In this document: positions 38,481 to 47,292 of the stretch, in pieces | Layout: each line of letters begins with the position of its first letter | How positions within the stretch are numbered: position 1 is the first letter of the stretch | The notes under the pieces: generated by a model | Databases searched by the model: none | Seen by the model: the letters and a program-made list of their open reading frames with translations, nothing else | Told to the model about the DNA's origin: nothing | Assembly (NCBI GenBank): GCA_964455375.1 | Contig: CAYVXE010000011.1 | Coordinates: forward strand, 2,255 to 66,254 | Reading direction: 5' to 3' | Source: an uncultured Calditrichaceae bacterium | GTDB lineage: Bacteria; Zhuqueibacterota; Zhuqueibacteria; Oceanimicrobiales; Oceanimicrobiaceae | Length of the DNA: 64,000 nucleotides | Position numbers and translations under genes: made by a program

Positions 38481-40028
38481 CTAAATTATCTTTCCGGAGG
38501 CGAAAGAGACTTTTCTGATTTTACGTTTAATATTAGAAATCAGGCGTCTTTCTTCAGGTTCCAGTGGTCCCAGGAAATAAATAACTGCATAGATAAAAAT
38601 CATGAAAACAAAAACGAGAATTGTTTCAAAAGTGGTATCGATATGAAAGGCAACCTTAAGCAAATAAATAATGGTTGCTGTAAGTCCGGCAGTGATAACG
38701 GGCCAGAACAACGAAAGACTAAACGGTAGCAATCGAAATTGCTTATAACCCTGATGCAGCCTGGCAATACTGACCGCGGCAATAGATGTGAGGGTACCAA
38801 GCGCCGCACCGACCAACCCCAGTTTCAGAATGAGCACATACGACACGGTGAAATTGAGGATGAGCATCATCGCCCCGAGGATCGTGTTCAGTAAGGTCTT
38901 TCCGGTCATCACCAACAGGCTTTCCGCAGCACTGAACACACCGTTCAGACCGTATGCCACTGCCAGAACCATCAAGGCAGAACTGGCTTGAATTGAATTC
39001 ACGTCAAAGAATGCCAGGATTTGCCCTGGAAACATGACTATGGCCACCACGGGCAGGAAACTACCTACCATAAGCCAACGTGTTACCAACACATAGTTTC
39101 GACGTAAACGGCCCTGTTGTTCACTGTAAAACAATTCCGATACGATCGGTGAAAAAATCGGCTCCAGTCCCTGACGCACGGATTTAATCACGGATATGAC
39201 TTCAACAGCGATTCCATACAAGCCCGCTGAGGTTGCGTTCAACAATGCTCCAACCAACAGTATGTCCGTCCTGGCAACCAGTAAATTCAAAAAATCCATG
39301 GCTGCAATTGGGTAGATGTACCGCAATGTCTCTATCTTTTTTTGTTTTTCAAGGGGTTTTGGGTTCCACCCAAGATGGTTGTATTTACGTAAGACAATAA
39401 TGAAAGCAGACACAGCCGCCACAAAACTTGCGAACACATGGGCCATTGCCAGACCGAACGCTCCCAGTTTTAGCGGAATAAACATGATTGCTGCAACAAG
39501 GAGAAACAACGGCTCAATCCCCTGTCGCACTAAAACTTCATACTGCATTAAACGCAGGCCTTTTGTCGTGGCGATAAACACGTTGGTCAGTACAACAAAC
39601 GGGATGGCAAGCGACAAAAAACGAATCGTTGAAGTTAAATGGCTATCTTTAAAAATGGTCGTAGCTATCCACGGGCTGACAACAACAACGATTCCTGTAA
39701 CCAGCAGGCTCAAACATAAAGCGACGACGGCGTTAAAATATATGGTACTGAAAATACGTTGATTCGACTCAGGGCTACGGTCTGAATTGAAACGCGCAAT
39801 ATCCCGCACCAGGCTTTTATCCAGGCCCCACAATCCAAATTTTGAGGAAATATCGACAACACTCCAGGCCAGGAAGTATTGCCCCAGAGCCGTGACCCCG
39901 TAAGATTTCGCCACCACGTAAACAAACAAAACTTTGCTGATTTTAACCACCATTCCCAGGACATTAAACATTAATCCCCGAATGAGGTCTCTCGCATCTT
40001 GGTGGTTGCCACTATCGATATTTTTCAT
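38481..40028 (-). CDS. MOP-superfamily polysaccharide/oligosaccharide flippase (Wzx-like)
   Basis: 515 aa with about 14 TM helices. The N-terminal pattern KSYGVTALGQYFLAWSV is typical of the polysaccharide biosynthesis protein family. Confidence 0.8.
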   Translation of the reverse strand: MKNIDSGNHQDARDLIRGLMFNVLGMVVKISKVLFVYVVAKSYGVTALGQYFLAWSVVDISSKFGLWGLDKSLVRDIARFNSDRSPESNQRIFSTIYFNAVVALCLSLLVTGIVVVVSPWIATTIFKDSHLTSTIRFLSLAIPFVVLTNVFIATTKGLRLMQYEVLVRQGIEPLFLLVAAIMFIPLKLGAFGLAMAHVFASFVAAVSAFIIVLRKYNHLGWNPKPLEKQKKIETLRYIYPIAAMDFLNLLVARTDILLVGALLNATSAGLYGIAVEVISVIKSVRQGLEPIFSPIVSELFYSEQQGRLRRNYVLVTRWLMVGSFLPVVAIVMFPGQILAFFDVNSIQASSALMVLAVAYGLNGVFSAAESLLVMTGKTLLNTILGAMMLILNFTVSYVLILKLGLVGAALGTLTSIAAVSIARLHQGYKQFRLLPFSLSLFWPVITAGLTATIIYLLKVAFHIDTTFETILVFVFMIFIYAVIYFLGPLEPEERRLISNIKRKIRKVSFASGKII

Positions 40029-41209
40029 TTTCGGTCCGAGCTCTTTTCAACGCTGTTTACAAAGAACTTTCTATCCACTTCCCTTGTCATCAATTCTTGA
40101 TAGATTTCCACATACGCCTGCGCCGCCTTCTCCCAGGTAAATCTGGCCGCTCTTTTCAGACCCTCCCGACGCAATCGTACACGGATGGACTTGTTGTTGA
40201 TGACTACGCGCATGGCTTGGGCGATTTCCGCAACAGAAGTCGGCTCCTCGATCATCCAGGCCGCCCCGGCGGCGATTTCCTTCAGCGAAGCCACGTTGGA
40301 TGCGATAACCGGGCAGCCAAAAGCGAACGCTTCGATGACCGGCAGGCCAAATCCTTCCCAGAGTGACGGAAAACAAAGCAGCAGGGCATGCCGCATCAAA
40401 AAGGTCAGTTCCGCATCGGAAACCATGCCGAGAAAATCGACATCTCTGACGAGACCATATTCACGAACCAAGGCTTGTAATTGTGTCAACGTGTCAATCT
40501 TACCAACCATCAGCAACCGCATGTCCTGATGTTTTGACTCACGTTTGATCAGCGCAAAAGCACCCAACGTACCTTGCGGATTCTTGCTGGGGCGTCCGCT
40601 GCCCACACTCAAAAGAAACCGCGTGTCTCCGTAACACCGAATCTGAGAACGTATTGCACCGGCGCAAAAACCTGCCGCGTCGATGCCATTATGAATTACC
40701 GATACCGGCGTCGTAGTATCGGGATAGAGATGAAACAAATCTCTTTTTGTCTGTTGAGAAATGCAAACCACATGATCTGTAGCACGAACGCTGTAAGCAT
40801 GCATAGGCCGTCCATGCAAACCACTCACCCATCCACGCCAGGGCCGTACTCCTGCAATTGATGGCCTCTGAATCCAGTTGAAGTCGTGCACAGTGACGAC
40901 TGTTTTCACCGTTTCCCGCACACCAAATGGCAAGAACGAGTGCAGCGAATGGTAGACAGAGGGGCGGAGGCCTTGCAACGCGCGCCCGAAGCAAACATAG
41001 TTGCGCAACGAAGCGATGTCGTAAGGGAAATGCACGACCCGAAATCGCGGGCCAGAAACGATCGGTTCCTGCAGAGCCGGCCTTTGGATGAGCAGATACT
41101 CATTCTCGTGGTCGATCTCAGCGATATGCCGGATAAGATTCTCGGCCACCCGTCCGATACCCGAGGGCTCGATTCGTACATTGCGAGCATCAAAAGCTAT
41201 TAGTGCCAA
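40025..41209 (-). CDS. GT4-family glycosyltransferase (paralog A)
   Basis: The C-terminal GT-B domain has EGFGLPVIEA (the E-x7-E region). It is about 70% identical in amino acids to 53040-54239. It uses a TTG start with a GGGAGG Shine-Dalgarno. It overlaps the flippase gene by 4 nt. Confidence 0.85.
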   Translation of the reverse strand: MALIAFDARNVRIEPSGIGRVAENLIRHIAEIDHENEYLLIQRPALQEPIVSGPRFRVVHFPYDIASLRNYVCFGRALQGLRPSVYHSLHSFLPFGVRETVKTVVTVHDFNWIQRPSIAGVRPWRGWVSGLHGRPMHAYSVRATDHVVCISQQTKRDLFHLYPDTTTPVSVIHNGIDAAGFCAGAIRSQIRCYGDTRFLLSVGSGRPSKNPQGTLGAFALIKRESKHQDMRLLMVGKIDTLTQLQALVREYGLVRDVDFLGMVSDAELTFLMRHALLLCFPSLWEGFGLPVIEAFAFGCPVIASNVASLKEIAAGAAWMIEEPTSVAEIAQAMRVVINNKSIRVRLRREGLKRAARFTWEKAAQAYVEIYQELMTREVDRKFFVNSVEKSSDRK

Positions 41210-41239
41210 TATCGGCCTCCCGATGAATTATATTTTACA

Positions 41240-42040
41240 GTGAGCTGATATTGCCCTTAAAAAATGGACACAAAGTTACGCTCATTTTTCATACTCTAGT
41301 TCTTCATACTCAGCCGGGCTTTGGTATCCGAGTGTAGTATGAAGACGTTCTCGATTATTGAATAACTCAATATACTCAAAAATGTTTCGTTTTACCTGAT
41401 GAATATTAAACAAATCGACATGATAAGTCAACTCAGTTTTAAACGTTTTGAAAAACGACTCAGCAACAGCATTATCCCAACAATCACCTTTACGGCTCAT
41501 ACTCTGTATAAAGCTGTTCTGTTTAAACGCATCTCTTAATCTATCACAAGTATATTGCACACCCGGGTCAGAATGAATTGTCAGCCCTTTTCCTGGTTTC
41601 CAGGCGCCATATTTGCCCTCTGAAGCGCCTCAAGCACCATCTCATGGCTCAGAGAGTGGCTAATTGCCCAACCGGTGACGATACGCGAAAAAAGGTCAAT
41701 GAAGATCGTCAGATAGGATCATCCCGCCTTTGTCCAAATATGGTTGATATCACTGACCCATACTTCATGGAGCAGAAGCTGTAAAATTACGGTTCAGCAA
41801 ATTTGGCACAACCGGATAGTTATGTTTAGAATTGGTCGTCACTTTAAACTTTTTTCTCGTTTTAAGGCTATACCCATTTTCCGCATCCCGGCAGCAATTC
41901 GTTTACGGCTATAGTTTTTACCACAATTCCGAAGCTCACGGGTTAAGGCGATCAGACCTCTTCCGACAACTAAACGTCTGCTTCACGCTTAAAAGTTTCA
42001 CCATACTTCTTGTGGAAATTCTTAGAATTCATTGACACGC
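41240..42040 (-). mobile_element. IS3-family transposase remnant, copy 2 (inverted relative to copy 1), frameshifted
   Basis: On the minus strand it reads RKKFKVTTNSKHNYPVVPNLLNRNFTASAP, then after a frameshift SDRGVQYTCDRLR, SRKGDCWDNAVAESFF and IFEYIELFNNRERLHTTLGYQSP. It is over 90% identical at the nucleotide level to 7300-7630. Confidence 0.7.
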
Positions 42041-42128
42041 CTCCTGTTAAATATCAGGTAAATAATTTTAAAAAACAAAATAATATTGTTAGATATTTGG
42101 TGTGTCCACTAAATCGGGTACGATTCAA

Positions 42129-44489
42129 TTATTTCCTAAGCCCTTCTCCTTCATATTGATGATCTTGTTTTTCCTCGTGATTATTGAATCTCCAAGCAAA
42201 TCCAAGATATATCACAGGAAGCCTTCTTTTTATCATTGTTGTTTGATTCAATTCTATAGAGTCAATAGAACGCTTAATTTTGTAAGTATGCAAAACGTCC
42301 GTCGCTGAAAGTGTTATAGACAATCTTTTATCAAATAACTGCCGTTTAACACCGACGTTAAAGTAGTAATATGGACTTCTCTCACCTTGGGGAGTAATTG
42401 AAGGAAAGTAATAAAAGGCGTTTAATTGTACAGCAGTATTTGCCCACAATTTTAATAATAAATAACCTTTAATATTGCCTGAAACAGTTGATTTGCTTGA
42501 TGAATAGCCGAGATTTGCAGCATCAATAGTTGTATAAAAAATGTTTCCTGTCAAGTCAAAATCCCACCATTCCTCTATGCTACCGGATAACACTGTTTCC
42601 AAACCGAAAGCATTTTGTGTTTTTAGATTTGCCACCGTATTAATCAGGATTGTGTCTGCTATGCTGTTTTGGATATTCGTAAATGCATCATATTTATAAC
42701 GGGAATATAAACTGTTTGTAAGTATCAATTTTTCGCCAACTGTTTGGTAACCTAACTCTAACGAATGAATTTGTTCCGGCTTGAGGTTTGGGTTACCCGA
42801 CTCTGCATTTCTTGGGTCGGTAAATTCAGGGTTCGGATTTAATTCGTCGGCATCCGGACGGTTTACTCTTTTTGAGTAACTAAGCGAAAGCCTGTCGTTA
42901 TTATTTAATGCGTAGCCGAAGTGCAATGTAGGATAAATTTTAAGATATTGATTTTGAATCAGAGAGTCAGTTGGAATTGTTAGGTGTGATTTAGTGGATG
43001 TTAGTTCTCCCCGTAGGCCTGCCTTAAAGTTAAAGCTTTCTATGGAGTGCCCGAAAATTGCATACACAGAATACATATCCTGATTAAATAAAAACCGGTT
43101 GGCAGATGCATCTTTGTTATAACTAATATCTTCAAAGATAAACTCACCTAAATAACCGCTTTCAAAATCAGTCTCTTCATTAACAGGCAAAGTATAATCG
43201 AGTTTAATTTCTTCCTGATTTCCGCTTTTCTGAATTAGATTGCTGCTTAGTTCAGTTAGATTAGAGGGAATTGTGTAATTCTGTTGAAAGTTTAAATCTT
43301 CACTTTCAGCGAAAGCTGAATAAGTGGCTTCGACAGTTAGGGTGTGGTCTTCATTATTTTTGAACTTATGCTCATAATTAAAGTTTACTTCCCCCTCTCC
43401 TTCAAATTCATCATTTGTTTGTGTGTCTGTAAAATTATATACTGGGTCTTGTGAAGAATCAAATGAAAAAATATTAGAGATACCTTTATGAAATGAGTTT
43501 TGTAAGAAATAATTAGCCGAAATTTCAAAATTGTTATTGGCGCTTAAATCATAATTTATACCTGCAGAGACGGTATGGGACAACGCATCGATCTTGGAAT
43601 CACCCCTTTCGTTGTATTGGCTATAATTGGATTTAATTAACCTGTCGTCAGTGTATAATATTGTCCCTTCGGAATGCCTAATCCCATAATTGCTATAAAG
43701 CTTGAGTTTATGTGTCCCGTAATTTAGGGAACCATTACCGTTATATCTATTCTCAGTTCCTATGTTAGCCCCTATTTGTCCATTGAGGCCCTCCCCGGTT
43801 TCTTTTTTCATAACGATATTAATGATACCGCCGATACCATCTGGTCGGTATTTTGCTGAAGGATTCGTAATAACCTCAATACGCTCGATCGAACTTGCCG
43901 ACATCTGTTCCAAAACCGCAGCGGCGTTTCTTCTAAGCATTGCAGAGGGCCTGCCATTAATGAAAAAGGTGATGTTTCCGCTGTTTCTCAACGTGACATT
44001 TCCGTTTAAATCCACAGAAACAGATGGAATGCTTTGTAACATATCACTAACAGAACCCGACTCTGATAATACATCTTGTTCTACATTATAGATTTTCTTT
44101 TCAAGCGTGTTGGTCAATATGGCTTTTTCCCCGGTTATAGTCACGGCATCCATTAAAATATTAGTGGCTTCCAGGTTTATAGTACCTAAATCCATATTTC
44201 CTTCAACGGAAAGGCTTTCTATTTTGTACGGTATAAAACCAATAAAACTGACAGTTATAGAATAATTTCCTTTTGGAACATTTGTTAATCTGAACACTCC
44301 ATTTTCGCCGGTCACAGTTCCTTGAACAATCGTCGAATCATTTGGCAGATATAAAGCAATTGATGCTCCCACTAAAGGTTCACTTCTTGCTTTATCAATC
44401 ACAATTCCTTTCACAGCTGTTGTCTGCGCGGATACTTCAACACTAAACCCAATGATTATCATCATTAGAATGGTAAAAATTTTTATCAA
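42129..44489 (-). CDS. TonB-dependent receptor-like outer membrane protein with N-terminal CarboxypepD_reg domain
   Basis: A signal peptide is followed by VKGIVIDKARSEPLVGASIALY (carboxypeptidase-regulatory-like fold) and a plug (ITGEK...). The C-terminal beta-barrel ends with an aromatic residue. AT-rich. Confidence 0.8.
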   Translation of the reverse strand: MIKIFTILMMIIIGFSVEVSAQTTAVKGIVIDKARSEPLVGASIALYLPNDSTIVQGTVTGENGVFRLTNVPKGNYSITVSFIGFIPYKIESLSVEGNMDLGTINLEATNILMDAVTITGEKAILTNTLEKKIYNVEQDVLSESGSVSDMLQSIPSVSVDLNGNVTLRNSGNITFFINGRPSAMLRRNAAAVLEQMSASSIERIEVITNPSAKYRPDGIGGIINIVMKKETGEGLNGQIGANIGTENRYNGNGSLNYGTHKLKLYSNYGIRHSEGTILYTDDRLIKSNYSQYNERGDSKIDALSHTVSAGINYDLSANNNFEISANYFLQNSFHKGISNIFSFDSSQDPVYNFTDTQTNDEFEGEGEVNFNYEHKFKNNEDHTLTVEATYSAFAESEDLNFQQNYTIPSNLTELSSNLIQKSGNQEEIKLDYTLPVNEETDFESGYLGEFIFEDISYNKDASANRFLFNQDMYSVYAIFGHSIESFNFKAGLRGELTSTKSHLTIPTDSLIQNQYLKIYPTLHFGYALNNNDRLSLSYSKRVNRPDADELNPNPEFTDPRNAESGNPNLKPEQIHSLELGYQTVGEKLILTNSLYSRYKYDAFTNIQNSIADTILINTVANLKTQNAFGLETVLSGSIEEWWDFDLTGNIFYTTIDAANLGYSSSKSTVSGNIKGYLLLKLWANTAVQLNAFYYFPSITPQGERSPYYYFNVGVKRQLFDKRLSITLSATDVLHTYKIKRSIDSIELNQTTMIKRRLPVIYLGFAWRFNNHEEKQDHQYEGEGLRK

Positions 44490-44665
44490 GTATTATTAGT
44501 CTCCGAATCAGGCAGTATTAAAATAATTCCTACTTTTTTTCTAAATAAGTTATACTGTAAGCGTATGATTTCATACAAAGTGATAATCTCTCGTTTTCAA
44601 CATAGTTATGTTTTACCGTAAGTTGACACTCTGCGTTCTACTTGAGAAGCTGTTCACACTAGGGG

Positions 44666-46378
44666 TCACCGACTAACGGCATCGTCCCGTTCAACAGCAG
44701 TGCAGTGCCATTTAACCGAGCTTATTCGATTATCGGCGCTTTCCCCACTGCTTAAGGCAACACCGGTGAAGTCATCTATTTTTTCTGTCTGGCCAGTGCC
44801 AACTAAGTCAAAGTATCCTCCACGCTGGTTACCTTCGCTGAACAGCCGCAGGACATACCCCTCAGGAATTGCGTAAAGCACTGAAGATGATATGTTGTCA
44901 AATGCCTCAATGTTTTCTAAATGATTGTAATCTCGAAGCTTCCTGTCTTTATAGTCGAGAACGATCGATCGTCCATCGAAATTCTTTTCATCGTATAATT
45001 CAACCCAGGCTTCCTTGATGTCTGTCACCGTACTATCAGGCACTTCTGGAGCGAATTCAATCATCGTAACAAAACCACCGTGTCCCGAAACCCCGTGCTC
45101 AGTAGCATAAAAGTACAATTTGTTGTCGGGACTTACATAGATTCCTGCGGCTGCCTGCAAGTCTCCCTGGCGTGCACCGGCATTACCCACTGGATGTAGC
45201 TGTCGTTTTGCAACTTTAGTGATAATAACACCGTCCGGTGAATCGGGCTTCGGGCGCTCTACCGGAACCTCAAGGCGATAAGCATCGAGGTAGTCTTCCC
45301 CACCAAACCCGGAAGGTCGACGTCCGTGGGAAGCGATCAAATAAAGCCTACCGCTACCGCATTCGGTAACGATATTCACGTTCTCATAACCCGCTTTTCC
45401 CAAAACGTTGTACAAGTCGGCCCAATTCAGATCTAACGTACCGTCAGCCTCATGGAGATCGGACTTAAGTTCTCTGTAATCCCACCGGTCCCAGGGCAAC
45501 CCGTCATGGTAAGTGGCAGGATTTTCCTCAAGGTCAGATTGCAGTATGTAAAACTCAAGTTGTTTGGCATCTTTCAATGCACGTACAAGAAGGAATTTAC
45601 TATTCTCCAACTTGACAATGCCAACTGATCCTGCATATCTACCCGGCAATTCCCAGGCCGGATCACGCCACACGTTTTGAGGAGCGTATGGTGTTGACAT
45701 ATCCCAGAGTGTAAGAAGTGACAGATTCTGTGAGTCCGACGTACGCTCATCAGCACTCACAAGTAAATATTTGCCAATTGCTTGCATCGCCCCTGCATGG
45801 TCAAACTCCGGGGTTATCATCTGAGCTTTGACGATTCGGTCTAACGGGTTCGGAGGGACATTTCGAGTCAACTTGCCGAACTCTAAGCGATTTGACCGCA
45901 ATCTGCCGGTAACGGCTCCACGAGACTCCATTTCAACTACAGCGAAGTAAGCCGGTTTTGGAATATTTATAGGATACCGATGTGACGATGACACGACCAG
46001 GTAAGGCGCCGCAAGTCCCATCAAAGGCAAGCGCTGAATACCTTGCCAATGATTTGACGTGCCAGCTCCTGCTACAGCCGGGTAATTGTCACCCCAATGA
46101 AACCCGAGCGTCTCACCGCGATTCTGCAGCGTGTTTATGGACTCGATCACATTCTCCACACATGGATTGCACGTGCCGCTGCCAGAGGGACTCTGCAAGT
46201 AACCGAGGAAATGACGCCCTTCAGGGAGAGGCATTGAGGCCTTCGCTTGGTAGGTACGGACGCTTGTCACCATGAGCATGCAAAGAAACAAGCACAGCGT
46301 ACCGTGTGTTTTCAGCATAAGCATTATGGGTAACTTGCTTCTTTCAGAACGTTGGCCTTGAAATGTGAAAAGCTTCAT
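44666..46378 (-). CDS. Secreted hypothetical protein (possible C-terminal beta/gamma-crystallin-like Greek-key domain)
   Basis: 570 aa with a signal peptide. The C-terminal 100 aa read ELYDEKNFDGRSIV...FDNISSSV..., resembling a beta-gamma-crystallin motif. Its start overlaps the DUF4249 stop by 4 nt. Confidence 0.45.
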   Translation of the reverse strand: MKLFTFQGQRSERSKLPIMLMLKTHGTLCLFLCMLMVTSVRTYQAKASMPLPEGRHFLGYLQSPSGSGTCNPCVENVIESINTLQNRGETLGFHWGDNYPAVAGAGTSNHWQGIQRLPLMGLAAPYLVVSSSHRYPINIPKPAYFAVVEMESRGAVTGRLRSNRLEFGKLTRNVPPNPLDRIVKAQMITPEFDHAGAMQAIGKYLLVSADERTSDSQNLSLLTLWDMSTPYAPQNVWRDPAWELPGRYAGSVGIVKLENSKFLLVRALKDAKQLEFYILQSDLEENPATYHDGLPWDRWDYRELKSDLHEADGTLDLNWADLYNVLGKAGYENVNIVTECGSGRLYLIASHGRRPSGFGGEDYLDAYRLEVPVERPKPDSPDGVIITKVAKRQLHPVGNAGARQGDLQAAAGIYVSPDNKLYFYATEHGVSGHGGFVTMIEFAPEVPDSTVTDIKEAWVELYDEKNFDGRSIVLDYKDRKLRDYNHLENIEAFDNISSSVLYAIPEGYVLRLFSEGNQRGGYFDLVGTGQTEKIDDFTGVALSSGESADNRISSVKWHCTAVERDDAVSR

Positions 46379-47268
46379 GGCCGCAAAACCTCGAAGTAGA
46401 CTGTATCGACTACCGCGGACCCGAATACGCCAATGCCGTCACCTTCAATATGAAATGCCGGCTCATGAAAGTTGCCATCGACTCCCTGCACGATCTCGTG
46501 TGTTGACTGAAAATCACGGAGGTTCCTATCCGTAGCGTATACGATAACACGATAGTTGCAGTAAAAATAGGTATATAACCAGAGAATTTCCGTGCTGGAT
46601 ACTCCGGCGGTCAGTGGCCTGTCCTGGATCCAGTAAAAATTGTACTTATATTCTTCAAAGTCTGCCAGCACGTCTGCCGGTGTGTTGTCATTGAATGGGT
46701 TATCATAAATATAATTGGAGGTGTCGGGCGCGAGCGCGACAATCGAGACAAAATAGTAGCCCGTGCCAGGCGAGCGTTCGAACACCATCTTGAAATTGAC
46801 GATGTTTCCCAGGTCGTCTCGCTGACGATAAACCATCCTGCCAAGCCGGGATTGGTCTTGCAGAATCTTGAAACCGGCGTTGGGAACCAGCGTTGTAGAG
46901 CTCGCATGCAACGTCTGCCCATTAATGGTGGCATCTACACTGAGTTTGTACGTTCTTCCGTACTGGACCTCAAATTGCGGTGCTTCGTAAGACTGCGTTT
47001 CGGGATTATAAAGCAGGTCATACTTAGTACCTGCGTCGTCGGTGATTGTCGCGCTGGCGTCCTTCAGTGAGATTCCGGACGGATCGACAACCGCATTTAA
47101 CGGAAAGTTCCTGCGTAGTTTAACCTGAGCAATTTGCCCGGGTACGAGCACCCCCTGAATAACGACTTTGGGCTTATAGGTTGCTTCAGTGATGGAGACA
47201 TTACCCTGTCCGCAGGCCATCAACATCACCTGTGCTATGACGAAAAAAGTGAATAGTCTGTTCATCAT
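46375..47268 (-). CDS. DUF4249-family lipoprotein (TonB-dependent-receptor partner)
   Basis: A lipobox (LMACGQ) is present. The size and position immediately downstream of a CarboxypepD_reg TonB-dependent receptor match this family. It is a paralog of 49732-50604. Confidence 0.65.
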   Translation of the reverse strand: MMNRLFTFFVIAQVMLMACGQGNVSITEATYKPKVVIQGVLVPGQIAQVKLRRNFPLNAVVDPSGISLKDASATITDDAGTKYDLLYNPETQSYEAPQFEVQYGRTYKLSVDATINGQTLHASSTTLVPNAGFKILQDQSRLGRMVYRQRDDLGNIVNFKMVFERSPGTGYYFVSIVALAPDTSNYIYDNPFNDNTPADVLADFEEYKYNFYWIQDRPLTAGVSSTEILWLYTYFYCNYRVIVYATDRNLRDFQSTHEIVQGVDGNFHEPAFHIEGDGIGVFGSAVVDTVYFEVLRP

Positions 47269-47292
47269 TTCATCTCCATTATGCTTTGCTGG

